Origin: Acidobacteriota bacterium
GTDB taxonomy: Bacteria > Acidobacteriota > UBA890 > WLXD01
Length of the DNA stretch: 64,000 bases
Direction of reading: 5' to 3'
Assembly: GCA_965248695.1 (NCBI GenBank)
Contig: CBDFKD010000002.1
Coordinates: forward strand, 4,448,001 to 4,512,000
The translations under genes and the position numbers were made by a program. The notes below the pieces were generated by a model. That model was not told the origin of the DNA and ran no database searches. It saw nothing but the letters and a program-made list of their open reading frames with translations. How positions within the stretch are numbered: the first letter of the stretch is position 1; each line of letters begins with the position of its first letter. Shown piece after piece: positions 30,673 to 40,734 of the stretch.

Positions 30673-31961
30673 TGGTCGTACTCCCGCTCCAGGTGGGCGG
30701 CGATATCCCCGATCCACAGGTCACCCTCGATGGGTCGAGGCGTCAACAGAAAGGCGTCGTCGTACGTGTGCATCCCCACGAGGTCGCTGCGTCCGAACAC
30801 CTCACCCGCCGCCGGAGACGCCTTGAGATCGAATCCGGGGAAAGCAAGGGCGACAAGGTCGGGACCGCCCGCTCTGCAGGGCCCCCGTTCGTAGACGTCC
30901 GCGGTGTCGAAAACGTCGCGGACGACCCGGTGCCCATCATACCGCAGCTGTTTGAGCGCGTCGGCGATCTCGGCTTTCAGCGCCGGCGCTTGCTCATCGC
31001 TGACGCTGCCGCGTCCGAACCGTGCAGTCCGATTCAGATAGATGCGGCTGGGATCGAGCGCGAAAGCTCGGCTGGTAGGCTCGATCGAGGTCAGGTCAGT
31101 GGGCGAATCTGCCGTCAGCGACAGATAACCGAGCTGTTTCAATGCGGCGTTCAGCTGCACTTCCTGACGGATGGCGCAGAAGCCGTGGTCCGACAGCATC
31201 CAGAAACGCGCCGCCGGCTCGGACTCCTCGGCAGCGAACCGGTCCCAGATGTCGCCGACGAACGTATCAACGGCGCGGTGGTAGTCGAGCGCCTGTGCAT
31301 GTCGCGGATGGTCGCTGTTCTGCAGCGCGTCCCAGAGATAGTGGTAGAGCCGATCGGTTCCGGTGACCACCACTTGAAGAAAACCCCAGTCGACCTCGTC
31401 CCACAGGCGCATGACGGCTTCGCGCCTTGTCTGCAGCGTCTGCCTGAGGTCCCGCATTAGCCAGTCGTGGTCCTTGCGGCTTCTCGCGGTATCGATATCG
31501 ATGCGGTAGTTCATGCGGCGCAAAGGACCCAGCCATCGCAACGGCTTGACGGAGCGGCTCAGGTCCACAGCGACGAAGCCAGAGACCATCACCCCTGGAA
31601 TCGCGCGCGCCGGGTAGGTCGCGGGTTGATTGAGGACGACAGAGGTGACGCCACGGCTGCCGAGCCGGTCCCATAGCGTCGGCACGCGAACGTCCGCAAA
31701 GCTGGGGAAGGTCAGGCGATAGGTCTGCGGCTCGATGTCCGTGAACCCGAAAATCCCGTGCGTACCTGGATCCACACCGGTCATGAAGCTCGACCAGCTC
31801 ACCGACGAGATTTCCGGCAACGAGGCCTTCATCGAGCGTAGGTGACCTTCGGCGATGCGCTCCGCCACGCGCGGCATGACGCCCTCGTGGGCCAGTCGGC
31901 GCAGCAGCTCCTCCGGGACTCCGTCGAGGCCGATCAAACAGAGCCGCTTATGTTCCGACAT
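30669..31961 (-). CDS. Soluble alkaline-phosphatase/NPP-fold protein
   Basis: LIGLDGV, PEISSVSWSSFMTG, HGIFGF, DRLYH, LSDHGF, GMH; no signal peptide. Confidence 0.88.
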   Translation of the reverse strand: MSEHKRLCLIGLDGVPEELLRRLAHEGVMPRVAERIAEGHLRSMKASLPEISSVSWSSFMTGVDPGTHGIFGFTDIEPQTYRLTFPSFADVRVPTLWDRLGSRGVTSVVLNQPATYPARAIPGVMVSGFVAVDLSRSVKPLRWLGPLRRMNYRIDIDTARSRKDHDWLMRDLRQTLQTRREAVMRLWDEVDWGFLQVVVTGTDRLYHYLWDALQNSDHPRHAQALDYHRAVDTFVGDIWDRFAAEESEPAARFWMLSDHGFCAIRQEVQLNAALKQLGYLSLTADSPTDLTSIEPTSRAFALDPSRIYLNRTARFGRGSVSDEQAPALKAEIADALKQLRYDGHRVVRDVFDTADVYERGPCRAGGPDLVALAFPGFDLKASPAAGEVFGRSDLVGMHTYDDAFLLTPRPIEGDLWIGDIAAHLEREYDQ

Positions 31962-31980
31962 TGGCGCCCCTTACGCTGGA

Positions 31981-32580
31981 TCAGAGATAGCCGAGTGACT
32001 CCAGGCGCGTGCGGATGGCCTCTTCCTGTTCCGCGCTGGTGTGCGGGTCCTCGCCCGGGGGCACGTACCCCATGAGCTCGAGGCTCCGCACGATCCGGTC
32101 GAGGCTCTCCTCCAGGGTCTCCTGCTCCGTGTCGCAGACGATCTCGGGGTTGACCGGCTCCTCGTAGGGATCGGAGACACCGGTGAAGTTCGGAATCTCA
32201 CCGGCCAGCGCTCGCTTGTAGAGGCCCTTGGGATCTCGCCGTGCCAGCTCCTCGATGCTGCAACGCGTGTACACCTCGACGAAATTCTCGATCGTGCCGC
32301 GTAGCTCATCGCGAATCTCGCGATACGGAGATATGGCCGCGGAGATCGCCGCGACGCCATTGCGGCTGAGTAGATTGCAGACGTATCCGATTCGACGGAT
32401 GTTGGTGTCGCGGTCCTCTTTCGAAAACCCGAGTCCCTTGGAGAGGTTCGTCCGTACTTCGTCGCCGTCGAGAATCTCGACTCGCAGCCCGCGTTCGAGC
32501 AAGACCGCTTCGAGTGCAGTTGACAGGGTGGATTTGCCGGATCCGGAAAGCCCCGTGAACCAGAGCGTGAAGCCCTTCAT
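31981..32580 (-). CDS. cysC: Adenylyl-sulfate kinase
   Basis: [48 protein letters not shown]; extra C-terminal LGY extension. Confidence 0.97.
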   Translation of the reverse strand: MKGFTLWFTGLSGSGKSTLSTALEAVLLERGLRVEILDGDEVRTNLSKGLGFSKEDRDTNIRRIGYVCNLLSRNGVAAISAAISPYREIRDELRGTIENFVEVYTRCSIEELARRDPKGLYKRALAGEIPNFTGVSDPYEEPVNPEIVCDTEQETLEESLDRIVRSLELMGYVPPGEDPHTSAEQEEAIRTRLESLGYL

Positions 32581-32595
32581 CTTCGCAAACTCCTT

Positions 32596-32873
32596 CTAGT
32601 GGCCTGTAACAGATGATCGTTGCATATCGTGGTGACGAAATGGGTCCGGATGCCAGGCGCACCGACAAGACGATGTTTGCCCATCTTGGAGGAGGAGCAA
32701 CGCCGCAGACGGGCCGATTTCGCCATCATCCTCCGGACAGATGGGCAGTTGTGGGCGATATCGGCGTTGCAACTCGTCGACGATGCATCCTGCATCGCCT
32801 TCCTCCTCGCGCCTTGATCTCACCCGCAAATCCCATCTGCGATATGCAACGATCATCTGTTACAGGCCACTAG
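32596..32873. mobile_element. MITE-like palindromic element, divergent family member (278 bp, CTAG-bounded)
   Basis: Perfect 34-bp TIR CTAGTGGCCTGTAACAGATGATCGTTGCATATCG; on the minus strand, internal motifs match copies 1 and 2 (CAAGG..GAGGAGG, CGATG..CATCG, TCTGCGGCGTTG). Confidence 0.85.
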
Positions 32874-32929
32874 GACGTAGTGGGTCGCCAAGGCGGGCCC
32901 GATCGAGCGAATCTCGTATATGAGGCCGG

Positions 32930-34099
32930 CTAGGCGACAGTGCCGACAGTGGACGCCTGATAGTGGCGTCGCAGAATCTCGGCGACTTCCGGGCGGGTGA
33001 ACTCCGCCGGCAAGTCCTCCCCGCGCGCCAGCATGTCGCGGATCTTGGTGCCGCTGAGGAACACATGCTGATCGCTGTCGTGCGGGCACGTCTTCTGTGA
33101 CGCCATGTTCTGACACGCGTGGCAATAGAACGCGTGGTCGAAGAACAGCGGCGTGATGCCGATCTCGAGCGCCTCGAACTCCTGGAAGATCGTGTGCGCA
33201 TCGTAGGTGCCGTAGTAGCCGCCGACACCGGCATGGTCACGGCCGACGATGAAGTGCGTGCATCCGTAGTTCTTGCGCACGATGGCGTGGAAGACGGCCT
33301 CGCGAGGGCCGGCATAGCGCATCGCCGCTGGCAGAATCGAAAGTGCGACGCGGGCCCGCGGGTAGTAGTTGTGCAGCAGCGTCTCGTAGCACTCGAGCCG
33401 TACTTCCGCTGGGATGTCGTCGGATTTCGTCTCGCCCATGATCGGGTGGATCAGGAGCGCGTCGACCAGCTCGAGGGCGCACTTCTGCAGATACTCGTGG
33501 GCGCGGTGGATGGGGTTACGGGTCTGGAAAGCGGCGACGCTGTTCCAGCCCTTTGCCTTGAACAACACACGGGTCTCGCGCGGATCGAGCCGCGAGCTTT
33601 CGAAGCGAGAGTGAGAAGGGCGCTCCAACAGAGTGATGCGCCCGCCCAAATACGTATCGCCGCTCGAGCGAAGATAGGCGACGCCGGGGTGCGCCGCGTC
33701 GTTCGTTTGCAGCACGTCGAGTGCCTCGCGTTCCTTGTCGGGGCGGTAAATGTCGGCTAGCTCGAGCACTCCGTGTAGCGTGCCGTCGGGGCCTTCCAGG
33801 GCCACCGGTTCCCCGATGACGAGATTGGCTGCGTGGCCAGCATCGACCGCCAGCGTGATCGGTATCGTCCACGGTAGGCCGCCGGGGAAGCGCCCGTGGG
33901 CGCAGACGTGCTCGTAGTCCTCACGGGCCATGAAGCCTTCCATCGGGCTCATGGCGCCGGTGGCGATCATCTCCAGATCGGAGGTTTCGCGCCGGTTCAT
34001 GCGGACAACGGGAAGAGTGTCGATGCGCGCCATCCACTGGTCACGCTCGGTCGACGATGCGAAGCGGTCGATGAGACGCCCGCCATGGGCTTTGATCAT
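32930..34099 (-). CDS. sat: Sulfate adenylyltransferase (ATP sulfurylase)
   Basis: AHGGRL, GAMSPMEGFM, QTRNPIHRAHE, RYAGPREA, GRDHAG, SGTKIR. Confidence 0.97.
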   Translation of the reverse strand: MIKAHGGRLIDRFASSTERDQWMARIDTLPVVRMNRRETSDLEMIATGAMSPMEGFMAREDYEHVCAHGRFPGGLPWTIPITLAVDAGHAANLVIGEPVALEGPDGTLHGVLELADIYRPDKEREALDVLQTNDAAHPGVAYLRSSGDTYLGGRITLLERPSHSRFESSRLDPRETRVLFKAKGWNSVAAFQTRNPIHRAHEYLQKCALELVDALLIHPIMGETKSDDIPAEVRLECYETLLHNYYPRARVALSILPAAMRYAGPREAVFHAIVRKNYGCTHFIVGRDHAGVGGYYGTYDAHTIFQEFEALEIGITPLFFDHAFYCHACQNMASQKTCPHDSDQHVFLSGTKIRDMLARGEDLPAEFTRPEVAEILRRHYQASTVGTVA

Positions 34100-34314
34100 T
34101 AGAGGTATCCGAGGTTTTCTAACTTCTTGCGGATTGCCACCAGCTCGTCCTGGCTGAGCTCGGAGGGCGGTCCCTCCGGCTCCAGGCTCCCGACCAGGTC
34201 GCGCAGCACGAAGACAATGAAGTCCGTTGCTGAGCTGAACCCCGACCCCTCGATGACTCGCTGCAGGCGGTTGTATAGCGGTCGGGGAATCTTGATGCTT
34301 ACACGGTCGGACAT
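34099..34314 (-). CDS. CopG-like ribbon-helix-helix protein with LGY tail
   Basis: VSIKIPRPLY...GFSSATDFIVFVLRD; ends IRKKLENLGYL; TAATG overlap with sat. Confidence 0.85.
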   Translation of the reverse strand: MSDRVSIKIPRPLYNRLQRVIEGSGFSSATDFIVFVLRDLVGSLEPEGPPSELSQDELVAIRKKLENLGYL

Positions 34315-34476
34315 GCAGAAGCCGCTCAGTCGGACGGGCTAGGGCACGGATTGGGTCCAGATCGTAACCCAATCAGAGCCTATTGCAAGTCGATTGCGGC
34401 CGATCAGCTCACGGCCATGCTGGCTGCACAGAGCCGCCCTCAGCTCGCGCCGGCGTCGAAGCGCGTGTTCCTGGGC

Positions 34477-35283
34477 TCAGAAGTAGGCGCTGAGCCTCGC
34501 CACCAGATCGTCGTGTCGGGGTCCATTGCTAGCCAGCAGACCGCGCCGGTTGACGATATCGTGCGGATCGTAGTCGATCCGCTCACCGTCGAAGTCGGTC
34601 AGTCGGCCGCCAGCGGCATGCAGGATCGCCTCCGGGGCGCAGGCGTCCCACAGCTTCGTTCCGGAGGCCGGCTGCAGGTACAGGTCGCACACCCCGGTGC
34701 CGATCTTGCCGATCTTCAGCCCGACGCTTCCAGACTGCATCATGCGTGAGATTCCGAGCTCCGTCTTCATGTTCTCGACCACATCGGGTAGGTGCGATCG
34801 GCTACAAATCAGGGTCAGCTCCGAAAGCTCGTCGGTTGCACCGACCCGCATCGTGTCGGTTCCCTGTGGGCGAACTCGTTCGGCGCCCTCGCCGACGATG
34901 CCACGGTAGAGCGTCTCTTCAGCGGGCTGGGCGACGACGCCGAGCAGCGGGGTGCCCTCGACAACCAAGCCGATCATCACGGCGAACTCGGTCAGGTGTC
35001 GTGTGAACTCTTTGGTGCCGTCCATCGGATCCACCATCCACACGCGGGACTTGCCAACGATCGCCGCGGGGTCGGCCGACTCTTCGGCGAGAATTCCGTC
35101 GGTCGGGAACGCCTCGTGCAGCCGGGCGACGATGTGCTCGTTGGCGGCGCGGTCGGCCTCGGTGACCGGTTCTTCACCGTCTTTGAGCTCGACCTGATAG
35201 TCGCTTCGGTAGAAGCGCATCAGGATCTCAGAGGCCTCGCGGGCGATCGTCTCGGCGAGATCCAGCTCACGAGCGAGGTTCAT
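34477..35283 (-). CDS. cysQ: 3'(2'),5'-bisphosphate nucleotidase
   Basis: PVTEADRAAN, AEE, VDPMDGTKEF, SRSH, WDACAPEAI; adjacent to sat and cysC. Confidence 0.9.
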   Translation of the reverse strand: MNLARELDLAETIAREASEILMRFYRSDYQVELKDGEEPVTEADRAANEHIVARLHEAFPTDGILAEESADPAAIVGKSRVWMVDPMDGTKEFTRHLTEFAVMIGLVVEGTPLLGVVAQPAEETLYRGIVGEGAERVRPQGTDTMRVGATDELSELTLICSRSHLPDVVENMKTELGISRMMQSGSVGLKIGKIGTGVCDLYLQPASGTKLWDACAPEAILHAAGGRLTDFDGERIDYDPHDIVNRRGLLASNGPRHDDLVARLSAYF

Positions 35284-35515
35284 GCGGTCAGCTCGATCAT
35301 TGACAGCGCGTTGAGGCGGCGGCGGAACTGTGGACACTAACAGGAAGCCGGGCAGGGTGTTCCGCAGTGTCGAGGTACCGACGGCGAGCGCCGACCGATC
35401 GATTCCCCTGCTGCGGGCCACTAGTTGAGCCCCAGTGCTTGACCACCACTCACTGGCCCTGTATCTACCGCCCATCACTAAAGGACGATCCGGGGCACGT
35501 CCCCAGGGGAAGCAA

Positions 35516-35917
35516 ATGGGAGTTGCACGACAACTGACCGTTGGCTGGCAGAACCGGCCGGGGGAGCTGGCGAACTTCTGTGAGGCGCTTGCGGCCGCGG
35601 AAGTGAACATTCTTGCGTTGGCTACCGCCGAAGCCGGCGAATACGGCGCAGTAAGGCTCCTCGTAGATGACGTGCCTCGGGCACGCGAGGTGTTCCGCGA
35701 GCAAGGCGTGGCACATACCAGCATCGAAGTATTTGTGTGCACTCTGGGAAATCACCCTGGCGAGCTGGCAAAGATCGCTCGTGTGCTCTCGGACAACAAG
35801 ATCAACATCGAGTACTTTTACGCCTCGGTGTCACCGGATGACGGGCGTGCGATCGGCGTTTTCAAAGTCTCCGATGCGGCCACTGCCGACGCTTTGCTGG
35901 CGCCGGAACCGGACTGA
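35516..35917 (+). CDS. Tandem ACT domain protein
   Basis: NRPGELA...VNI and NHPGELAKIARVLSDNKINIEYFY. Confidence 0.85.
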   Translation: MGVARQLTVGWQNRPGELANFCEALAAAEVNILALATAEAGEYGAVRLLVDDVPRAREVFREQGVAHTSIEVFVCTLGNHPGELAKIARVLSDNKINIEYFYASVSPDDGRAIGVFKVSDAATADALLAPEPD

Positions 35918-35947
35918 TTCGGATAATCGACCCACGGAGTTCCGTAC

Positions 35948-36862
35948 ATGAGCATCGCTCCGCCGGCAGCGCCGCTGCTGACTACCGAGTTGAACGATGT
36001 CGACCTGATCCACCGGGGCAAGGTGCGCGACGTGTATGCCGTCGGCAACGATCTGCTTCTCGTGGCGACCGATCGTGTCTCGGCCTTCGACGTGGTGCTG
36101 CCCGGCGGCGTACCCGGGAAAGGCACGGTGCTGACCCAGCTCTCGTGTTTCTGGTTCGAGCGCCTGAAGCATGTAGTGAGCAACCACCTGATTAGCGCCG
36201 ACGTCGACGAGTTCCCGGAGCTGTTGCAGCCGTTCGCCGCCCAGCTTGCCGGGCGCAGCATGTACGCGCGGAGAGCCGAGCGCTTCGACGTCGAATGCGT
36301 CGTACGCGGATACCTCATCGGCTCCGGATGGCGTGACTACCAGCGCACCGGTGAGGTGTGTGGCATCGAGTTGCAGCCGGGCCTGCGGCAAGCCGACCGG
36401 TTGCCGGAGCCGATCTTCACGCCTTCTACGAAAGCCGACTCGGGACATGACGAGAACGTATCGGTGGCACAGATGGCAGAGATGATCGGCGAGGAATGGA
36501 CGGCGCGGTTGTCGGAGGTGTCGCTGCGGCTCTATTCAGAAGCGGCCGAATACGCCGAGTCGCGCGGCATCATCATCGCCGATACGAAGTTCGAGTTCGG
36601 TCTGGTTGGAGACGAGCTGATCCTCATCGATGAAGCGCTCACCCCGGATTCGTCCCGCTTCTGGCCAGCCACCGAGTACCGTGCGGGGACGAGCCCACCG
36701 TCCTACGACAAGCAGTTCGTGCGCGACTATCTCTCCGAGCTGGATTGGGACAAGACGCCGCCTGGTCCGGCGCTGCCCGACGAGATCGTGCAGCGAACGT
36801 CGGCCAAGTATCACGAGGCATACGAGGTGCTGACGGGCACCCCCATGCCGCACTTCTCCTGA
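35948..36862 (+). CDS. purC: SAICAR synthetase
   Basis: RGKVRDVY, TDRVSAFD, ECVVRGYL, ADTKFEFG, DEALTPDSSRFW. Confidence 0.97.
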   Translation: MSIAPPAAPLLTTELNDVDLIHRGKVRDVYAVGNDLLLVATDRVSAFDVVLPGGVPGKGTVLTQLSCFWFERLKHVVSNHLISADVDEFPELLQPFAAQLAGRSMYARRAERFDVECVVRGYLIGSGWRDYQRTGEVCGIELQPGLRQADRLPEPIFTPSTKADSGHDENVSVAQMAEMIGEEWTARLSEVSLRLYSEAAEYAESRGIIIADTKFEFGLVGDELILIDEALTPDSSRFWPATEYRAGTSPPSYDKQFVRDYLSELDWDKTPPGPALPDEIVQRTSAKYHEAYEVLTGTPMPHFS

Positions 36863-36871
36863 GTGCCACCG

Positions 36872-37090
36872 ATGACCCGTAGGCCGACGCTGGAGGTTCG
36901 CCTCCAGGAGCTTGTCAGCGACATGGTGAAGATGGGGATCCGCCTGAAGGAGGCCCACGAGCAGCTGGAGCGACAGTTCCTGCGCGAGGTTCTGTCGGTC
37001 CGCGGCGGCAACCAGAGTCGGGCGGCCGAGACGCTCCAGGTGCACCGCAATACCCTGCGACGCAAGCTCCGCCAGCACGGGCTTCTCTGA
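36872..37090 (+). CDS. Stand-alone Fis-family HTH protein
   Basis: GNQSRAAETLQVHRNTLRRKL. Confidence 0.85.
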   Translation: MTRRPTLEVRLQELVSDMVKMGIRLKEAHEQLERQFLREVLSVRGGNQSRAAETLQVHRNTLRRKLRQHGLL

Positions 37091-37171
37091 CACCGTCGGC
37101 GCGGCCTGCTCGGAAGATCTCCGGCGGTTCCGGGGCTGCGCCAGGGACGTCGGAATGGCGCGTCGGCGAGC

Positions 37172-37199
37172 TTGACGCGGCGTGACACCATGCTACGAT
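37172..37199 (+). promoter_or_regulatory. Sigma70-type promoter of groESL
   Basis: TTGACG-N16-TACGAT with an extended TG, immediately before CIRCE. Confidence 0.65.
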
Positions 37200-37225
37200 T
37201 GGCAGTCGTCTTAGGAGAGTGCTAG
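37199..37225 (+). promoter_or_regulatory. CIRCE element (HrcA operator)
   Basis: TTGGCAGTC-N9-GAGTGCTAG versus consensus TTAGCACTC-N9-GAGTGCTAA, upstream of groES. Confidence 0.85.
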
Positions 37226-37328
37226 CGGAGTCCACATCAAAGCGCTAAACCCGCGCGGACCCGCTGCCAGCAGGCCCTTCCCATCGGATCGCGTCTGCAT
37301 TCAACACTTCACAAGGAGCTTACAGTCC

Positions 37329-37634
37329 ATGGCGAAGAAGAAGACTGTTGGCGTGCGTCCCCTTTACGACCGGGTTCTGCTCCGTCGTTTGGACGCGGCC
37401 GAGGAGGTTCACGGCGGCATCATCATTCCCGACACCGCCAAGGAAAAGCCGCTCGAGGCCGAGGTGGTCGCCACCGGCGAGGGCAAGCGGAACGACGATG
37501 GCTCGCGCGCCGAGATGGCGGTTTCGCCCGGCGACACAGTTCTCGTCGGCAAGTATGGCGGCACCGAGATCAAGCTCGATGGCGTCGACTACCTCATCGT
37601 CCGCGAGGACGAGATCCTCGGCATCGTCGGCTAA
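37329..37634 (+). CDS. groES: Co-chaperonin GroES
   Basis: [27 protein letters not shown]. Confidence 0.98.
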   Translation: MAKKKTVGVRPLYDRVLLRRLDAAEEVHGGIIIPDTAKEKPLEAEVVATGEGKRNDDGSRAEMAVSPGDTVLVGKYGGTEIKLDGVDYLIVREDEILGIVG

Positions 37635-37646
37635 CGCACGCCCTGA

Positions 37647-39287
<1,641 letters not shown>

Positions 39288-39320
39288 CCGCGAGCTCGTT
39301 CCGACGACGACTCGACACAC

Positions 39321-39357
39321 CGGGCCCGGGGCGCACCGAGTTTCGCCCCCGGGCCCG
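39321..39357 (+). terminator. GC-rich hairpin after groEL
   Basis: CGGGCCCGGGGCG...CGCCCCCGGGCCCG; no U-tract. Confidence 0.45.
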
Positions 39358-39522
39358 ATGTGCGTCGGGTCGCAGTGCGCCGCGACGCTGCACCAGGTGT
39401 GATGCCCCGCACGCTTCATAAATTGCCGCCCTGCAACGCGCTTGCTACGATTGATTGACGGCACACGACGCAGTCGTCGCCGTATTCTCTCTAGATACCG
39501 AACCCGCCAGGAGTATGGTCCG

Positions 39523-40068
39523 ATGCGGACGACTACCAGCTTGTTGATCGGCGCGGCAATGTTCGCGTCGGCTGTCCTTGCCACGCCACAGGCGCCGAGC
39601 ACGCGCATCGTCTTCATCGATGGTGACTCTGTGTTGACGGGATCCGAGATCGGGCGTGTAGCCCGAGAACAGCTCGAGGCCGAAGCTGTCAGGTGGCAGG
39701 AAACGCTCAACACGATGACCACGGAGCTCGAGGCGTTGCAGCGCCAGCGCCAGGATCAGGCGTTGACCCTCAACGAGGCCGCGCTGGCGCGCCTCAACCA
39801 GGACATCGAAGAGAAACAGGTCACCGCCCAGCGAACGAACGACGACGCTCGTCGCGAGCTCGAGCGCATGGAGCAGCAGATCACCCTTGACGTCAACGAG
39901 CAGCTCGGGCCCCTGGTGGAACGTTTCGCTGCCGAGAACGGCTACGACGTGATCTTCGACTCGTCACGCGCGCAGGGCGTGTTGTACTTCGGCAACTCCA
40001 CGATAGTCACCACCGAGTTCCTAGCGCTGGTTAACTCCAGCGTGGGTGCCGGTACGTCGCAGGACTGA
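39523..40068 (+). CDS. OmpH/Skp-family periplasmic chaperone
   Basis: Signal peptide, RIVFID, long coiled coil, FAAENGYDVIFD. Confidence 0.85.
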   Translation: MRTTTSLLIGAAMFASAVLATPQAPSTRIVFIDGDSVLTGSEIGRVAREQLEAEAVRWQETLNTMTTELEALQRQRQDQALTLNEAALARLNQDIEEKQVTAQRTNDDARRELERMEQQITLDVNEQLGPLVERFAAENGYDVIFDSSRAQGVLYFGNSTIVTTEFLALVNSSVGAGTSQD

Positions 40069-40160
40069 AACGTCCTGGACAACCGAGTGTGCGGGCTGCT
40101 GCACGGGTCCGCGGGAGAAGTTGCGGGGTTGTGCGCACCTCGCACACACATTGCGGGCTT

Positions 40161-40528
40161 GACCCGCGAGGCAGGGGAACCGCTGTCGATACGCTCGGCA
40201 GAGGAAAGTCGGGACTCCACAGGGCGGCGCGCTGGGTAACCCCCAGCGGGGGAAACCCCGGGAAAGTGCCACAGAGAACAGACCGCCTGCGGCCTTCGGG
40301 CCGTCGGTAAGGGTGAAACGGTGGGGTAAGAGCCCACCAGTGTCGGGGGCGACCCTGGCAGCTAGGTAAACCCCGCGTGGAGCAAGGCCAAATAGGGGAG
40401 CGATGGGCTGGTCCGGCCCGCTCCCGGGTAGGCCGCATGAGGTGTCGGGAGACCGGCATCCCAGATTCATGGTTCCCAGCCTGGCTTCGGCCGGGTGAAC
40501 AGAATCCCGCTTACTAGCCTCGCGGGTC
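40161..40528 (+). ncRNA. rnpB: RNase P RNA (type A)
   Basis: GAGGAAAGTCGGGACTCC, GGAAAGTGCCACAGA, GGGTGAAACGGTGGGGTAAGAGCCCACC, GAGCAAGGCC, ACAGAATCCCGCTTA; P1 pairing GACCCGCGAGGC / GCCTCGCGGGTC. Confidence 0.97.
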
Positions 40529-40722
40529 ATCCCTCATCAGTCCGCAACGGTCGCGGGGTCGCTCGGTACTGTTACGAAGGGCCTCGCGGGTCACTCCTAC
40601 ATCAGGCCGTCCCAGTTGCGGGGCCGCTCGGTACTGTTACGAAGGACCTCGCGGGTCATCCCTCATCAGTCCGCAACGGTCGCGGGGCCGCTCGGTACTG
40701 TTACGAAGGGCCTCGCGGGTCA
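40518..40722 (+). repeat. Tandem 64/65-bp repeat (3 units plus a partial) starting with the rnpB 3' end
   Basis: Units start at 40518, 40582, 40647 and 40711 with CCTCGCGGGTCA; full units end CGCTCGGTACTGTTACGAAGG(G/A). Confidence 0.92.
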
Positions 40723-40734
40723 TTCCTCTCATAA

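Noticed and set aside
31981-35283. Ordinary assimilatory sulfate reduction operon
   Set aside because: No cysH, cysI/cysJ, sulfate transporter or cysteine synthase is in the cluster; such genes could still exist elsewhere in the genome
40518-40722. Possible mini CRISPR array
   Set aside because: The variable parts of units 1 and 3 are near-identical and related to unit 2, the repeat includes the rnpB 3' end, and no cas genes are present in the window
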